A stretch of 61,545 nucleotides of DNA, the filler included, from Sphacelaria rigidula (Eukaryota): the NCBI GenBank assembly GCA_964200075.2. It is 8 parts of 8 records of this genome, joined end to end, with 100 filler letters (N's around TTAATTAATTAA, not from the genome) between each part and the next. Parts side by side here need not be neighbours in the genome. Positions count along the whole stretch, not along the records: positions 23,120 to 30,725 come from CAXNAA020014122.1; positions 30,826 to 38,431 come from CAXNAA020014123.1; 6 more parts are not named here. One strand, 5' to 3'. Positions 23,120 to 35,860 of the stretch are shown one piece after another. Position numbers and translations under genes: made by a program. The notes beneath the pieces are model-generated. The model did no database searches. It was not told the DNA's origin and was given only the letters and a program-made list of their open reading frames with translations. Positions within the stretch are counted from its first letter, which is position 1. The number at the start of each line of letters is the position of its first letter.

Positions 23120-26100
23120 AAAGGAGGCTGGACCAAGGGCAAAAGACCCAAGCCAACCAAAAAAAACTTACCCCCCCCCCCCCCCCCCCCTAGGTCTCTG
23201 ACTACTCTAGCGATACGCCTTCCTTACATATATATAAAAAGAAAAATCACACTTATTTTTATCCAACGTGTATACTGTACTCCACTTGTACTTTACTGTT
23301 CTTTCCTGTACCTAACTGTACCTTAGTGTACTCTACCCATGTATCCCTCCATGATGAAAAGAAATCGAATACTCGTATCTACTCGACTCACTGAGTCCTA
23401 CTTCGTTGATGTTGTCGAAGTTGCTCTCCTCTGTTTTTGCTCCTCACCCGATCATTGCTACACTACACCGTCGTTGATTATGCTCACTCTCTACAATTTA
23501 TTACTCCCTACGTTATACCTAAAACATTAGTCCGTAGTATGTTTGTCTGCTGCTTCTTGGTTACGACGTCGTCGCTGTTTTCCATGACGCTCGAATGGTT
23601 CTCGGATTCGTCCTTGGTCCGTATTTCCTTGTCGCTGAAAATTGACAATCCTGCTGTTTGCACTACTTGGGGTGGTTTGGAAGTAACAACATTGTGCGGT
23701 CGTACCTCTTGTTTTTCACGTACATGTGTATCTTAAGTGCTTTTAATGTATGCAGGCGATTTTGCCGATCTACTGTTGTTCAGGTATACAGGTGACTGAA
23801 CTGATCTTATCTTATTACTCGTGAGAGATGTCTTATCCTGCCGAGTTCGAACCTGTTTGCCTAAACGTAAATCTACTGCACTCTTTATCCCCAGTATCTC
23901 TTTAATATACGCTGCCTTATTATGTCGTGAAGATGACTGCTGTTGTTGCCGCTTCTTACTTTGCCGGTGAAAATTACAATTTTTCTTACTTGTAGAGTTG
24001 TACCTACTCTTATTTTGATGTACTGTCTTCGACTTAATCGATGACAACTTGCTTTCACTCCTCTTCTGCTTTCTACACGATTCTTGGTGTACTTTTGCTC
24101 TCTCACTGATTAGCAAAGTTGTGCCTACGCCCATTGATTTTCTTGATACTACTGTAGTTATTAGCGCTGAGCTACTTGAATTACCGTCATGGATGATTGT
24201 CATGTTTATACTCGTTAGTGTCCCGTTGCTATCATCTTTTATTGGAACTTGAAAATCTCCCAAATCTACATGTGGATTTTCTAAAAAAATAGTACCCACG
24301 CCTTTCTTCAGTGCTTCGCGAGGCTAAAATAGATGTTTCCCTAACTTGGGCACTGCAATGACTGGTAAACACACAGACCTCCCATGACCATGGGTATCTG
24401 TCACTATCGTGAGAATAACTCCTTCACCTGCTCCTTTTAACAGGTGTCCTCATTCTGTTCGTATACTTTTGGGGGGACTGAACTAAACATAATATGACAT
24501 TTCCCGCTCAATACCAGGTAGTAAATGACTGTCCACGCAGTGGATGGCTGCCCCTGCATTGAAAATTACTGAAAACGAGGTTGACGTGGCTACTTTTCTA
24601 CCGCGATTATCTACAGACTCTTGTGAGAAGGGTAAGTCCCATCCCGCTTGTAATCGAATTATCCACCGCTGGTGCCGACGATGCACTTGCATGTATGACT
24701 TGTGCATTTGTAAGCTCTAAATAGGTATTTGTGTCCAGGGTAACTGTGTTTTCTTGCTGATGTGCATGTTCCGAATTGCTACGATGCGCGGCATCACTGC
24801 TTTGGCCGACAGTGTGATTATTACTCCCTGTGAGTTTATTCCTATTTTGACTTCTACACTTCGTGTTACCATGGTTGGCTGTTTTGTGAAATGTACACCA
24901 TTTTATCTGTCTACCACTATCATTAGACTGCTGCCTAGATCTGCATCCACGCACAAAGTGACCTATCTTACCACAAGCGAAACACTTCACTTGGTGTCGT
25001 GTTTTTTTTCAGAATACACAACAGGCGATGCTGCAATCATAGCACTATCTCTACCGTTTGACGATTCATTCAACATGCCACGTGCTATTCTGTTCACGTA
25101 TAAATTACGTATGGTTGATTCAATATCCTCCAAGCTAAAATGAGGATCGCGTTCAGCGTCATACTTGATTTGTAAATGATCGCCTGTTAGTCCTTCTATG
25201 GGTACATCTGTTAACCGTTCATCAGTGACGCTCTCTCGCTGATGATTAAGCTGGTCCTTGAGTTGATATACTTGTACTAGGAGTGCGTCTGGATCCTCAC
25301 CCTGTGACATGATTAAACAATCCAACTATCTCATGAGAATACGACGTCTTTTCTTAGACGAATTTTGGTACTTCGCGATCAACCCTTTCCAAGCTCTTCT
25401 ACCATCAGGTGTATCAGCACCCTGTGGTGTTAACATCAGCAGATAACTGCTCGCAGGTCCGGTTGTAGTCAGGTACAATAGATGAAACAGCACTTCATTA
25501 TTGTGATCGAAATCAGTCACTTCCTGTGCGTTACTGACTACTCTTACATGAGAGTCAGTACTGTTTACTCCAACTGTGGAATCCCGACTTGATGCGACAG
25601 CTACTCTTACTGTCGACGTCTCCTCTGAGGACGTTCCTGCTCCTACTCCCGTTGGAAGGCTTCTGCAACGTGTCGCTATAGGGCTTACTATCGACGTACT
25701 TCTGGCAATGAGTCGCGGAATTCGTACATCCTGTCGCTGCCTAAGCTCATACATCTCTTCGGGACGATTTCTGCCGTTGATATTTTCCGAAATTCCCGGA
25801 TGTGTTGGTGAAACTACTGCCTGAACGAACTGTTTCTACTCAAGGAAATTTGTACTGTTGAACTTACTGAAACTCCTCATGACCTCAGTTCCGGATGGCT
25901 TTCCAGATAAATTCATCCGTTACTATCTGTGTCACTTTTATTCACACCTTCATGTTTCTTCACCTCAGATTTCTTCTTCTTCTTCGCGACGGAAGTATAC
26001 TATCCACACCTCAATTGTCTCTTGCTGTCCTCGCTGATGGGCGGGACGACCACACTCCTTCCTTGCTGCAGTTTGACGCCCTTGATGGGGGGTCTTGGCT

Positions 26101-26196
26101 GCTGGTGCTGAAGACCACGGTACTATACTGTAGTCACACAACAGTACTCAAAACCTCTTGCTGCAATCACGTCTTGAGGGTAACACCTGTAAACGT

Positions 26197-26207
26197 GGCT
26201 CATGACC
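26197..26207 (-). promoter_or_regulatory. Copia-type primer-binding site
   Basis: Minus strand ...TCCAACA|GGTCATGAGCC directly after the LTR end; resembles the GGTTATGRGCC PBS of copia elements. Confidence 0.65.
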
Positions 26208-26360
26208 TGTTGGAATATATATATATATATATATATGGCTATCATGGCTTTTGTGTAAAATACACAACGTTCGACACAACTTGACAAGAACGATCGGTTC
26301 AACTGGTGAACCCAGCTCTGACAAGAGAGCTCGCAGAGGCTGCACAGTGTTGGTTCAACA
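26208..26360 (-). repeat. 5' LTR of Copia element (153 bp)
   Basis: TGTTG...CAACA inverted termini, contains (TA)n, abuts the PBS. Confidence 0.7.
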
Positions 26361-27929
26361 CTTGCTTGTGCAATGAGAAAAATGTTCTAAACTTGGCTCT
26401 TTATCCGGCCGTTACTTGAAACAAACACAATCAGTCTCCACTCCATGGAATACTGATGACAAGCTGATCGGCTTACGTGAGGTGGATCGCTTTGGATAGT
26501 AATTTGCGTAGGGCTGTCAATATTTTGACAAAACTCTTGGGCACTAAAAAACTGTTTACCCAAACTGTTGATACCTTAGACTCTTCGTACTCAACCCTTC
26601 AATAATCTGACAATATGCTGACTTCTTGTATACGGGCTATACAGTACATAAGCTATTCATTACTCTACGACGAATATCCTACTTCTTCGGTTAGTAGGTT
26701 AGTACTGGTGTACAATCTTTGTTCTAACGATGAACCGTAACTGGTTGTACCGCTAATGTCGAGTATGTATATTCGGAACTGCTATTTCCCAAATTTCAAC
26801 AAAGTAATGCAATGGAGAGCTCTCAGGCCACTATCTGCTGAGAGAACACTTCCATGCACCCTAGGGGTTGCACATACTCGATGCACTCAGGGGGGGCACT
26901 TCCGCGGTACTCCAGGCCGAAGTCTCGCGGGCCCGGGTCTAATCTCAATGGAGAAAAAAACACAGGCCGACTGGAGATTCGGTGGAGACGCCGCATGCGA
27001 GGTGCCTTTTGCGGCATTAACCCTCATTTCACTGGAAAATGATAAGTTTAGATTCGAGGTTACTGATTCAGGGTATTCAAGACGGGCTAACCCAAAGACA
27101 ACCCGGAAATCGCATCTACGCTATCGACCTCCAGGAGGTAGGAGGCACTTCCGGCTGTGGTGAGCCAGCCACTCGGAGACTTTACTGTTTCGTATCCAAT
27201 GAACACAAATCAACACAAGACTCATGTGTGTGCAAGCATTGAACTGTTTGAAGCTAGAAAAGACCGTTGTCCGTAACATAAGGATCAAGTTATGGATCTT
27301 CAAGGTGCTTTCAGGCATGAATTCAGTGTGCAGAAGGATTTGTGTATACTTGTGTCCGTTGTAAATAGAACAGTTCGGGGGAACATGTGTCCAGGAACAT
27401 GTGTCCAGGATCGGCAGGTCAGAGAGTTTGGTACTGGTTACAGTCAAATATCAGAAAAAAACATAGGATTTTTGGGTTTTAGCGGCTTTCCCTACTGGTA
27501 CATAGCGATGTTTGCAGGCTTTTCGAGAAAGGTACGGTAGGAGGTGCTGGAAGGGTCAGCAGGTGGAACGTAGACCCAGTCTTACGTTTACCTCCCACCA
27601 AGGCACTTCCTCTCTCCATTTTGTCTTCACTCTCATCGCTTGACTCTGTTTTTCTGAGCGCTTGAAGGACTATGAGTGCGGAATTGAAGGTTATTTGGTG
27701 GAATCATAGAAAGCTATAATAAGCACTTTACAAAACCATATCTGCCAGCATTTTTGGGACAACATACATCACAACTTCAGGGTAAGCATCATCCTTCAGG
27801 CTGCTGCTGTACCGGTCACGTCTTCATAGTCACCCATGAAGGCGACTGAACCTATAAAGGGAAGTGAGCTCGAGCTTCTCTACTCAAAGTGGCGTCGACA
27901 GTAGTCACGGGGTGAAGAACAGCAGCTTA

Positions 27930-30725
27930 CGGTAAAAATGTCTGGTGAGAAGAATCGTTCGTGTGGTGATATGAGTTCAGTAGCATGCGCACTCGTTCCC
28001 GAGGCCGAGTAGAGGACACCTTGGTTGACCAGTACTGTAGACAATGATTCTTATTTGTCTGAACCGTTCAGCGGGGGTGATGAGTTGGAAGAAAGGAAGT
28101 CAGTTGAGAGTGCGCTAGACCATGGGTCGGGGCTTTCGGCGAATGCAGTGTCTAGTACTGACGGGGAAAGAAGTTTAACGGAAGGCAAACCTTCAACATG
28201 TCCTCCCCAGGTGTTGAGTAACATAGACTGTGTAGATAGTGAGACTGGTATGAGTTACACTCCGTCTGTTACAGCTCTTGTAGGTTCCGTGGCTAGCGCT
28301 GAAGGGGACGGAAGCCCTACCGATGTTTTTGACACGGCGCTTTGAAACCCTGAAGTAGACGACATCAATTGTGTAGATAGCCCACTCGATGATGATTCGA
28401 CGCGTGAACCAACACATGTTGTCAACAGTAGTGTAGGAAGCAGACTAGTAGAGAGTCAGCTCCCCTCGCCCCTGTGCAAACCGGTAGTGATGCACCCGCT
28501 ACCTCAGGCCATGTTGATGATGTAGGTGTAACTTTACAATTGCCAAGTGATGTGACTGAAGTGCTGGCCGATAATCGTACGCAATCATCAAGTTGTAATT
28601 TGGTAAGGCAAATGGATAACCGTTTCCCGTTATCCCGAAACCAGGACCAGAGAGTTAGAAATGTAGTCATGCGCAGTGAAATTCATTCAACCTCGAGTTT
28701 CACTATCTGTGACTCGGTGAACCCCCCCTCCGAGTCAGAAGTAGAACAAGGAAGTTTGCAGTCAAATACGTCAGGCGTGATTCAATAGATTGTGGTGCTC
28801 CATAAAACGGAAGCAACGTTGAGGTCTGTCTTATCCGAAATCGAACTTGGTGAGGCTTTCGGGGAAGACACTGCACGTTTGAGTAATGACCAGTGGCGAT
28901 CTCCCGATACGCAGAGGGCATATGCTGCTCCAGTTAAACCCGAACCTAGGACGCATATCACTAGTTCTCCGTCGGAAGGCCGGTCTATTGTGTCCCTACC
29001 ACCACCTGAATTGTTACCTCAACAGGTAGTAACTCTACGAGCTACTTCCGTTGCTAGTACTGTCCTGTCGCCTGCAGACAACGAAGCCCACACGGTTGCC
29101 GAAAACAACTCGTCAGAATCCTCAGTGGTGGAGCTGCCAGGTGTTATGGTGCCACACACCACCCGGGCCGAGGACCCCTTCGAATCAGTTGTCAAGACGA
29201 ACTCTTGGACCACTGACACTCCGGTTTCTACGGCCGTTGAGGTAAACAACCCCAATACAGTTGTGGTTTAGGCGGCTGAATTCCCAAGTAACACCATGGT
29301 TGACATAGAACATCCAAGGGCTGTGGTAGATGATGTAGTGACGAACATCCGTCAGTTGTTGGACTCTCTATCACATGAGGATCGTTGTCGAGTGCTCGGT
29401 AGCGACGCCAACGATGATAGTCGACCGTGCACGACAGTAGCAGCACCTGAGGGTGTATATACTCCCATTCCGAGGGTTCCGATAAGATCCACGGTCGCCG
29501 AGGTAGAGACAGATGCGGAAAAATTATTCTTTGCTTCGAAAACTACTGAAGGAAAATTGGAAGAAGATGTAACGATTCCTCGAGTAAGGTCGGTCTCCAC
29601 TCGGGAAGCTACTGGTTCGGATACGGACGGCGATGAAGCCCTAGGCCCTTGCGTTAATCCTAAATCATTCGAAACTTCGCGCGGCTGCACGTAGACGAAA
29701 ATGGTTGGAGATACTTGAAAAACAAATGAGGCCCTCGCGAGGATATTGTCGGCACTGTCGATTAAGGAACCATCTGTCAGTAAGACAGAAGAATTGAGTC
29801 AGGCATGGACTTTGGTGGGGGAAAAGCCGGTCATACCCATAGGTGGCTAATCCTTCCAATAAAGAGGAAACGACCAATCCTCCGATGTCCCCAACACTCA
29901 TGTCTCGCGCATATGCCTCCCAAAACGCCCGAGTCAAGATTAAGGAAGGAGATAAACAGTTTAGAGCTAGAAAGGTGGGGTTGGATCTCATTTTGGATAA
30001 GAAGGTAACCAAAGCAAGAGAAGTAGAAGAAGCAACAGAAAAACTCAGATCTTTGGAAGCCCAGCAAGAAACGTTGGATCAAACAGCAGCTATGGGAGAG
30101 GCGGAGGGAAAAGAGGCTCCTAAGATTAGGGAGTATACAACTTCCAAAGTCGTGACGAAGGCAAAGGTTTTTATCAAAAAGGCTAGATCCCTTTCGTTTG
30201 TTTCAGCACCAGCGGGGTGTTACTGGCGAGCGTTCGGATGGCCCCAGAATTGAGCACTGTCCTGTCATTTAGATGGCACCTTTGCAGCCCCATCATCATC
30301 CGAATCCACGCACTATTGAAGTCGGGGGTATCTCCATCACCTTGGATGATTTTCTTCGGTTCCTACAAAGAACCTGTCCCCCAGGTGTCAATCTCTTAGA
30401 GTGGCGCAATTTCCGATATTCCGGCGGGACGTAAAAGCAGTTCAACCTGGTCCTCCTCTACACTCACCTCTGAGGTTTGGAGAGCATACTCCTAGCTCGG
30501 ATGGAGGAATCCTTAGTGTCGCAGAAACAAATTATGCATTGGTTAGGTGTGGAAGGTAGCCTCTATATGGGCTGCATTGGGTACGCAAGGCATCCTGGGA
30601 CCCCGCATTACAGTGTAAAACGGCAGTACGAACTCGCTACTTCACACCAAGATCGTGCATACCTTTTGCTTCTTGAGTCGATTAGCTTGCAGAAGATCAG
30701 CACGCAATGAGCATTGCGTATAGCA
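27930..30725 (+). pseudogene. Long decayed reading frame, unidentified (possibly gag-like region of a retroelement)
   Basis: Consecutive same-strand S/T/V/E-rich ORFs (28025, 28474, 28792, 29296) split by single stops, then a charged coiled-coil-like ORF at 29843. No recognisable motif. Confidence 0.35.
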
Positions 30726-30825
30726 NNNNNNNNNNNNNNNNNNNNNNNNNNNNNNNNNNNNNNNNNNNNTTAATTAATTAANNNNNNNNNNNNNNNNNNN
30801 NNNNNNNNNNNNNNNNNNNNNNNNN
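30726..30825. other. Artificial contig linker
   Basis: N44-TTAATTAATTAA-N44. Confidence 0.99.
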
Positions 30826-30897
30826 GAAGATTTTAATCCTCCGGGTTCTCATCCTCAATCAAAAGCACCATCCTCAACATAGATGATTGGCTGTTTC
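30826..30897. repeat. 72-bp repeat end identical (reverse complement) to 46062-46133
   Basis: GAAGATTTTAATCCTCCGGGTTCTCATCCTC...GATGATTGGCTGTTTC matches exactly at the ends of two different contigs. Confidence 0.9.
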
Positions 30898-32334
30898 ATG
30901 GCCTTCGTCGGAGGACGGGGAACGGAGACTCAACACAAAATATGCGATCGCGAACTCAGACAAGCCAAAGCGCAACCCTTGGGCTACTCGGCGTACTCGG
31001 CGTCCGGCGTTGTAGCGAGCAGACAAGAGAAAGGGGGACCAAATGATCCGATCATGATCCGGATCAATATACTGAGAGGAAGTCACTTTCAGAAAGATCA
31101 TGATTTGTCCGACGTGTGATATTTTTGCACCGATTTCCGTCAGCAGATGATGGGCTTCACGGGTGACGGCCGTTTCTCATAATTCGACCGTCTTGGTAAA
31201 TGTACAACTCCTGCCGTGTCATGACTCAGAAAACGACCCGACGCTACGGATCTGACCGTACAGTCACAAGACAAGCGCACCTAAGGTGCTAAAGAACCGG
31301 AACGACACGTATTTTAGTCGAATGTTGAATGTTTGGAGCGCGTCAGCCTCTCGCAATACATCACCGACCGCCACGTGGATCGACGCGCGCACGAGCACAG
31401 CCTCTGCACGGAAACCCGGTGCGTTCACATCGATCTATTGGCGACCCACCATTACCATAATAAAAAACGAGCGAATTAGATAAGAGTCAATGCCATCCCT
31501 TCGTGTTGCGCTTATCTGGGGGGCAATATGAATCACATCACGAAGCCCACGGACACCACAGGGGCACCATTTACTCGTGGTATATCTTGAACGTGCAGGA
31601 GAACATGAAAATCATTTACCTCACATCAAATACCCCGTCGTTTTCATCACACGGAACAAATAACATGCCCTTTTCTCCCCGTTGCCACCTCAAAATGCTT
31701 GAAATGTAGAGGGTCACGCGGCTGGAAGTTGTGTGTGTGTCGTTAAAATGATTCTAATGGTTCGAGATTGCGCCGAGTTTTGCTTTTAATTCTTCACCAG
31801 CTGATCTTTTCGGGAGTACGGATAGTAAGTACGAGTACGCACAACACAAGGGATTTTCAAATCTGCACTGACAACCGGTGACCGGTAGCGCCACGTGCAC
31901 TTCTCCAGCTTCGCACGTTAAAATTATTTCATATTTTGCCTGAATTGAAAATGACCTCATATTTCGAACGCGCACTGCATACAGAGCACTGCTCTACAGG
32001 ACACAGGCGCGACCACGCGCACATCAAAACCATAAGTTGATTGCAACACAAATTGTAAAGATTGATCGACCGATACAATACAAACTCATTCGAGTACGTG
32101 AGCCTATACTACACGAGTACGCACACGACACAATTTGGTACACCACATCACACCACACCGCACCGCACCACCATCGCATGAAATAGTATCCACATTTGTT
32201 GACAGAATGTTTTTCAAAAGCGCCATCTGTATCCTTCACCGACAACAAGACTCAACCGTACCGTACTCGTTCGGTGCAATGTGCACTACCTACAACGGCG
32301 TCAAAAGACACGAACATTCACCCAACACGTACAC

Positions 32335-32979
32335 CTGCCCGTGACCCTCAACCACTCCTCCTTCCACCTTCACTTGCCACTTCTTTGTCTTCCCGAGGGC
32401 CCGGATCACCTCGCCCTCATAATTCGCAGTAACGTTTACATCGTGATCGAGGATTTCAATGAGATGGTCTACAGATCCCACAAAAATCTCCCCGCCCCCT
32501 TCCCCCACGTCGTCCGATTTCCCTTCCTCCGGACCAACGATCGGCGCACTCTCAGTACCACCAGCAGTATCACTACAAGCATCAGCACCGTCACCACCGG
32601 CACTATTCGGGAGTTGCTCAGGGGCGGTCGACAATTTTGCGGAATCTCGACTTTCTCCTCCGGTTCTGCTCGTCACGAGTTCGCCACTGCTGTCGACCTC
32701 CTTCTCTGCCGCTTCATTCTGGTGCTCTCGAGAGCCTGCGTCCAAGCGCCTCCGTCTTTCCTGTCCGTTGCTGCTGCAACCGGTGTCGTTGATCTCGTCT
32801 ACATGAGCGGATCTCATATCGTCGTTGTTTGGGCAACTACTGCCTAGGCGGGGTCGCTTGCGACGGAAGATGAGCTTGGTGCTTCTGTTCTTGTCCATCT
32901 TCGCCGAGAACATCGGGGGGCTCATTTTGAATTGCTCGGGGGGTAGGCCCAAGGGCGTTCCCGGGCAAGGCTTAATTTT
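32335..32979 (-). CDS. Exon of uncharacterised protein (basic NLS-like motif, disordered linker, possible Tudor/SH3-like segment)
   Basis: TAG|KIKPCPGTPLGLPPEQFK...RRKRPRLG...IFVGSVDHLIEILDHDVNVTANYEGEVIRALGKTKKWQVKVEGGVVEGHGQ|GT; 645 nt, phase 0, GC-rich. Confidence 0.6.
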
Positions 32980-33659
32980 CTAGCACGCCCCATACCGCGA
33001 GGACCGAGAGCAGATAAAGTCAGCAGTAAAAGACAGTAAAACAGAAAGACAGACAGACAGGCAAGGCAAGGTGGGAGAAAAAATAACGGGGAAACGGGGA
33101 AACAAATGAAACATGACAGGAAAGCACGGGAACATCAGTATCGCGAAAAGTTTTCGGCTCTTCAAAAGGGGGTTTGGCTGACCGGACGGGAAACTCCCTC
33201 GCAATAGCGGTGTGGCGGTGTGGCGGTGTGAATGTTTCCTCATCCTTCGAAATTGGGAGCTTTTTCGGCTAAATTGCGCAATTCCCTTTTCGCCCAATCA
33301 GCCATGAACAGGTTTCACCGGGTGCACACACAAGTTCAGAGAGACAAAAACATTTGCTCGGGGGACAGGAAAGGAATGAAGCACTGTAGAGTCAGTCGGT
33401 GGTCGCAAGGGATAACAACGGGCCATCTCACACGTCAGAGATTTCCGAAAGTGTGAACCGTTACACTCCCTTTTCAGTCTTACCGATGTTCCGAGAGAAA
33501 GACATCGGGGCTTCGACAAGGAGCGCCCTTGTACATATCACCAACATTTGCTTTTTACAGAGCAACCCTGCTGACAGCTACGTGAATGTCAGAACTTCAA
33601 GTGACGCCTTGTTGCAATGAAGGCACCCATGCCAGTGGTGGTCGTTTCGTACATGACGC

Positions 33660-33950
33660 AGTGTGTAACCCGTGGTTATCTCTGGAAGTGACGACACCAC
33701 AAAATGAAGGGGTCATTGGAGGATGTCATCCGTATGCAAGGTCATCAGTGCCCTTCGGGCCGAACGATCTCAGCAAGATGCAGCTCACCCTTCATGCGAC
33801 TCGCCGAACACATCACGGCGCTTCGCGCTTGGTGATTGATCGCGAGCCTGGTCCGCCGAAAAGTCGTCGTGCCCCATCCCGGCTTTGTCGGAATGCGAGG
33901 TCAATGTTCTTCTGACTACGGCATGCATGATCATGAGTATCCCCCCCCTT
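33660..33950 (-). mobile_element. Repeat family A, long form (about 290 bp)
   Basis: Reverse complement aligns with 34460-34757 and 41659-41965. Confidence 0.85.
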
Positions 33951-34063
33951 CCCCGTAAAACCTAAGCAAACTAGCTGGAGAGCACTCACGCTCCCCTCCT
34001 CTCAAAAAAATAAGCACCACACGACCAGACCAAAACGGTAGACACGTGACTGACCACACTCAC

Positions 34064-34345
34064 AGAAACGGTCGCCGCCGGCGTTGCAGCAGAAGACAAA
34101 AGCGAGGAAGGAGGCATTGCTGACTGCCGAGGATACACGAGCGGCAGCGCGTGCACAGTCGACCATTGGGCGCTACCACCGACGTTGCACGCAGCGGCAG
34201 CGGCGGCGGACAACATCGCTCGCCGCTGTTTCCTCATGTTGCTTCGTCGGGCAGCAGACTCTCGTTCTTTTCGCTTTCTTTCCATCTCTTGCTCCTCGGC
34301 TTCGGCCGCGGTGGGCAACGGGAGGCCATACGTCTGTCGCCATCG
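34064..34345 (-). CDS. Exon of the same uncharacterised gene (upstream of 32335-32979)
   Basis: Polypyrimidine tract TCCTCCTGTTTTCTCCAG|RWRQTYGLPLPTAAEAEEQEMERKRKERESAARR...TPAATVS|GTGAGT; 282 nt, phase 0 at both ends. Confidence 0.65.
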
Positions 34346-34459
34346 CTGGAGAAAACAGGAGGACGATGTTTCGGTAATAAAGCGTGGTGAGGCCGGGGTT
34401 ACATTTGTGGCTAGAGATAAGGCTGGCAAGGTAATGATGCGGTACTCGCTTAGGGAGTA

Positions 34460-34757
34460 GAGGGGGCGTGTACTCATGATTTTGTATGCCGTAGTCATGG
34501 GACTTTTGACCTCGCATCCCTACAAAGCCGGGACGGAGCGCCGGGGTTATTTTCGCCGGACCACGCTCACAATCATCAAGCGCGAAGCACTGTGATGTGG
34601 TTGGCGAGTCGCATGAAGGGGGAGGTGCATCCTGCTAAAATTGTTTGGCTCGAAGCGTAATGATTATCTTCCATACGAATGACAGCCTATACTGAGTTGC
34701 ATATATTTTCTGGTACACTTCCAGAGACAGCCACAGGTTACACACTGCCTCATGGGG
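34460..34757 (+). mobile_element. Repeat family A, long form
   Basis: GGGGCGTGTACTCATGATT...GGCGAGTCGCATGAAGGG...CCACAGGTTACACACTGCCTCATG. Confidence 0.85.
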
Positions 34758-35084
34758 GCAGAGGGCGTCGAAGCGCCGAGGAGGGCTGAGACGGATATCA
34801 TGACGCATGCTACAGTCATGAGCTCTGCGTTGTTGCGCGAGACCGAACTATGTGTAGGCTTCAAGTTGGGCATTATAGGGGGAAAGGGTCACAGAAGATA
34901 CCTTGGGTGGCCCGTGATCGTGTGTCATGTGGCTCCAAAGACGCCATTGTGGACATTGAAAACACAGGAGCGCAAGGGATAGACCACGCCTACTGTAAGA
35001 GACCCTGACGACCATCTCACTTCCCTCCCTCTCCATGTATTCCTGGTTGGGGGTCGAGTGGCAACGACGCTGTAAAAGCAAGCC

Positions 35085-35860
35085 ACCGGAAATTAGACAT
35101 AAAATGTACAGCCTGTCACCGTACATATACCAGAGACCTACACGAGACAAGAAACACCTCCCCAGACCAACAGGCGCAGTAGACATGACATTACTCAAAT
35201 AACCCATCTTGTTCTCCCATAAAAAACACCGGCTGGATAAAAACATGACACACAGAAGCCAACATATTTCTTCCGTGGATTATTCATAACACAGCCCGGA
35301 CATAGACATGAAAGAAAAGGAGCTGACTAGTTTTTTTTACAGTACCAAAACAGGGCCCGGATATGGACATGAAATCAACAAGCTAACCATCATTCTTCTT
35401 TGCACTAACCACATAACAGTGCGGACGCAGACATGAAATAACGAAGCCAATCATTCTTCTCCTTACACAAGCAGAACACGGACCGGATATAGACATGAAC
35501 TAACTAGGCTAGCCATTTTATTTCTTCACATTACCAGAACACAGCCCGGAAATGAACATGAAAGAACGAAGCAACCAGTTTTTTTGTGTGTACTGCATAC
35601 CCTGGACAATAGAATACACAGTCACAAAGCGTTCTGCGTACAGTATCGACTATTGCGCCTATTGCAATAGACAATAGATTCCATACTGTACGCAGTACAT
35701 TTTTTTCACGATAGAATCTGTTGTCCAGGGTGTGGTGTATTGCCATGATACAGACCGGATAAAGACATGAAAAAAACGAAGCAACCAGTTGTCTCTTCAC
35801 ACTGACGAGAATACACACCTGATGTAGGCATGAATACACGAAGCTAAGCACTTTCATTTC
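35085..35860 (+). repeat. Old degenerate minisatellite (~60-70 bp unit, ~10 units), interrupted by a family D MITE
   Basis: Recurring motif ACACAG.CCGGA.ATAGACATGAAA....GAAGC.A.C. Confidence 0.75.
35598..35732. mobile_element. MITE family D
   Basis: TACCCTGGACAA...TTGTCCAGGGTG termini with an internal quasi-palindrome. Confidence 0.8.

Larger units (their letters stand above)
23500..26360 (-). mobile_element. Degenerate Ty1/Copia LTR retrotransposon (LTR, PBS, gag, zinc knuckle, protease; integrase and RT not seen)
   Basis: Gag: LLYLTTTGPASSYL...DGRRAWKGLIAKYQ, GEDPD...LKDQL; knuckle CFACGKIGHFVRGC; decayed protease VIFNAGAAIHCVD...VIAVPKLGKHLF; many stops. The left boundary is approximate. 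Confidence 0.85.

Noticed and set aside
35085..35860. CRISPR-like repeat/spacer array
   Set aside because: The repeats are highly degenerate and the 'spacers' resemble each other, consistent with an old minisatellite.
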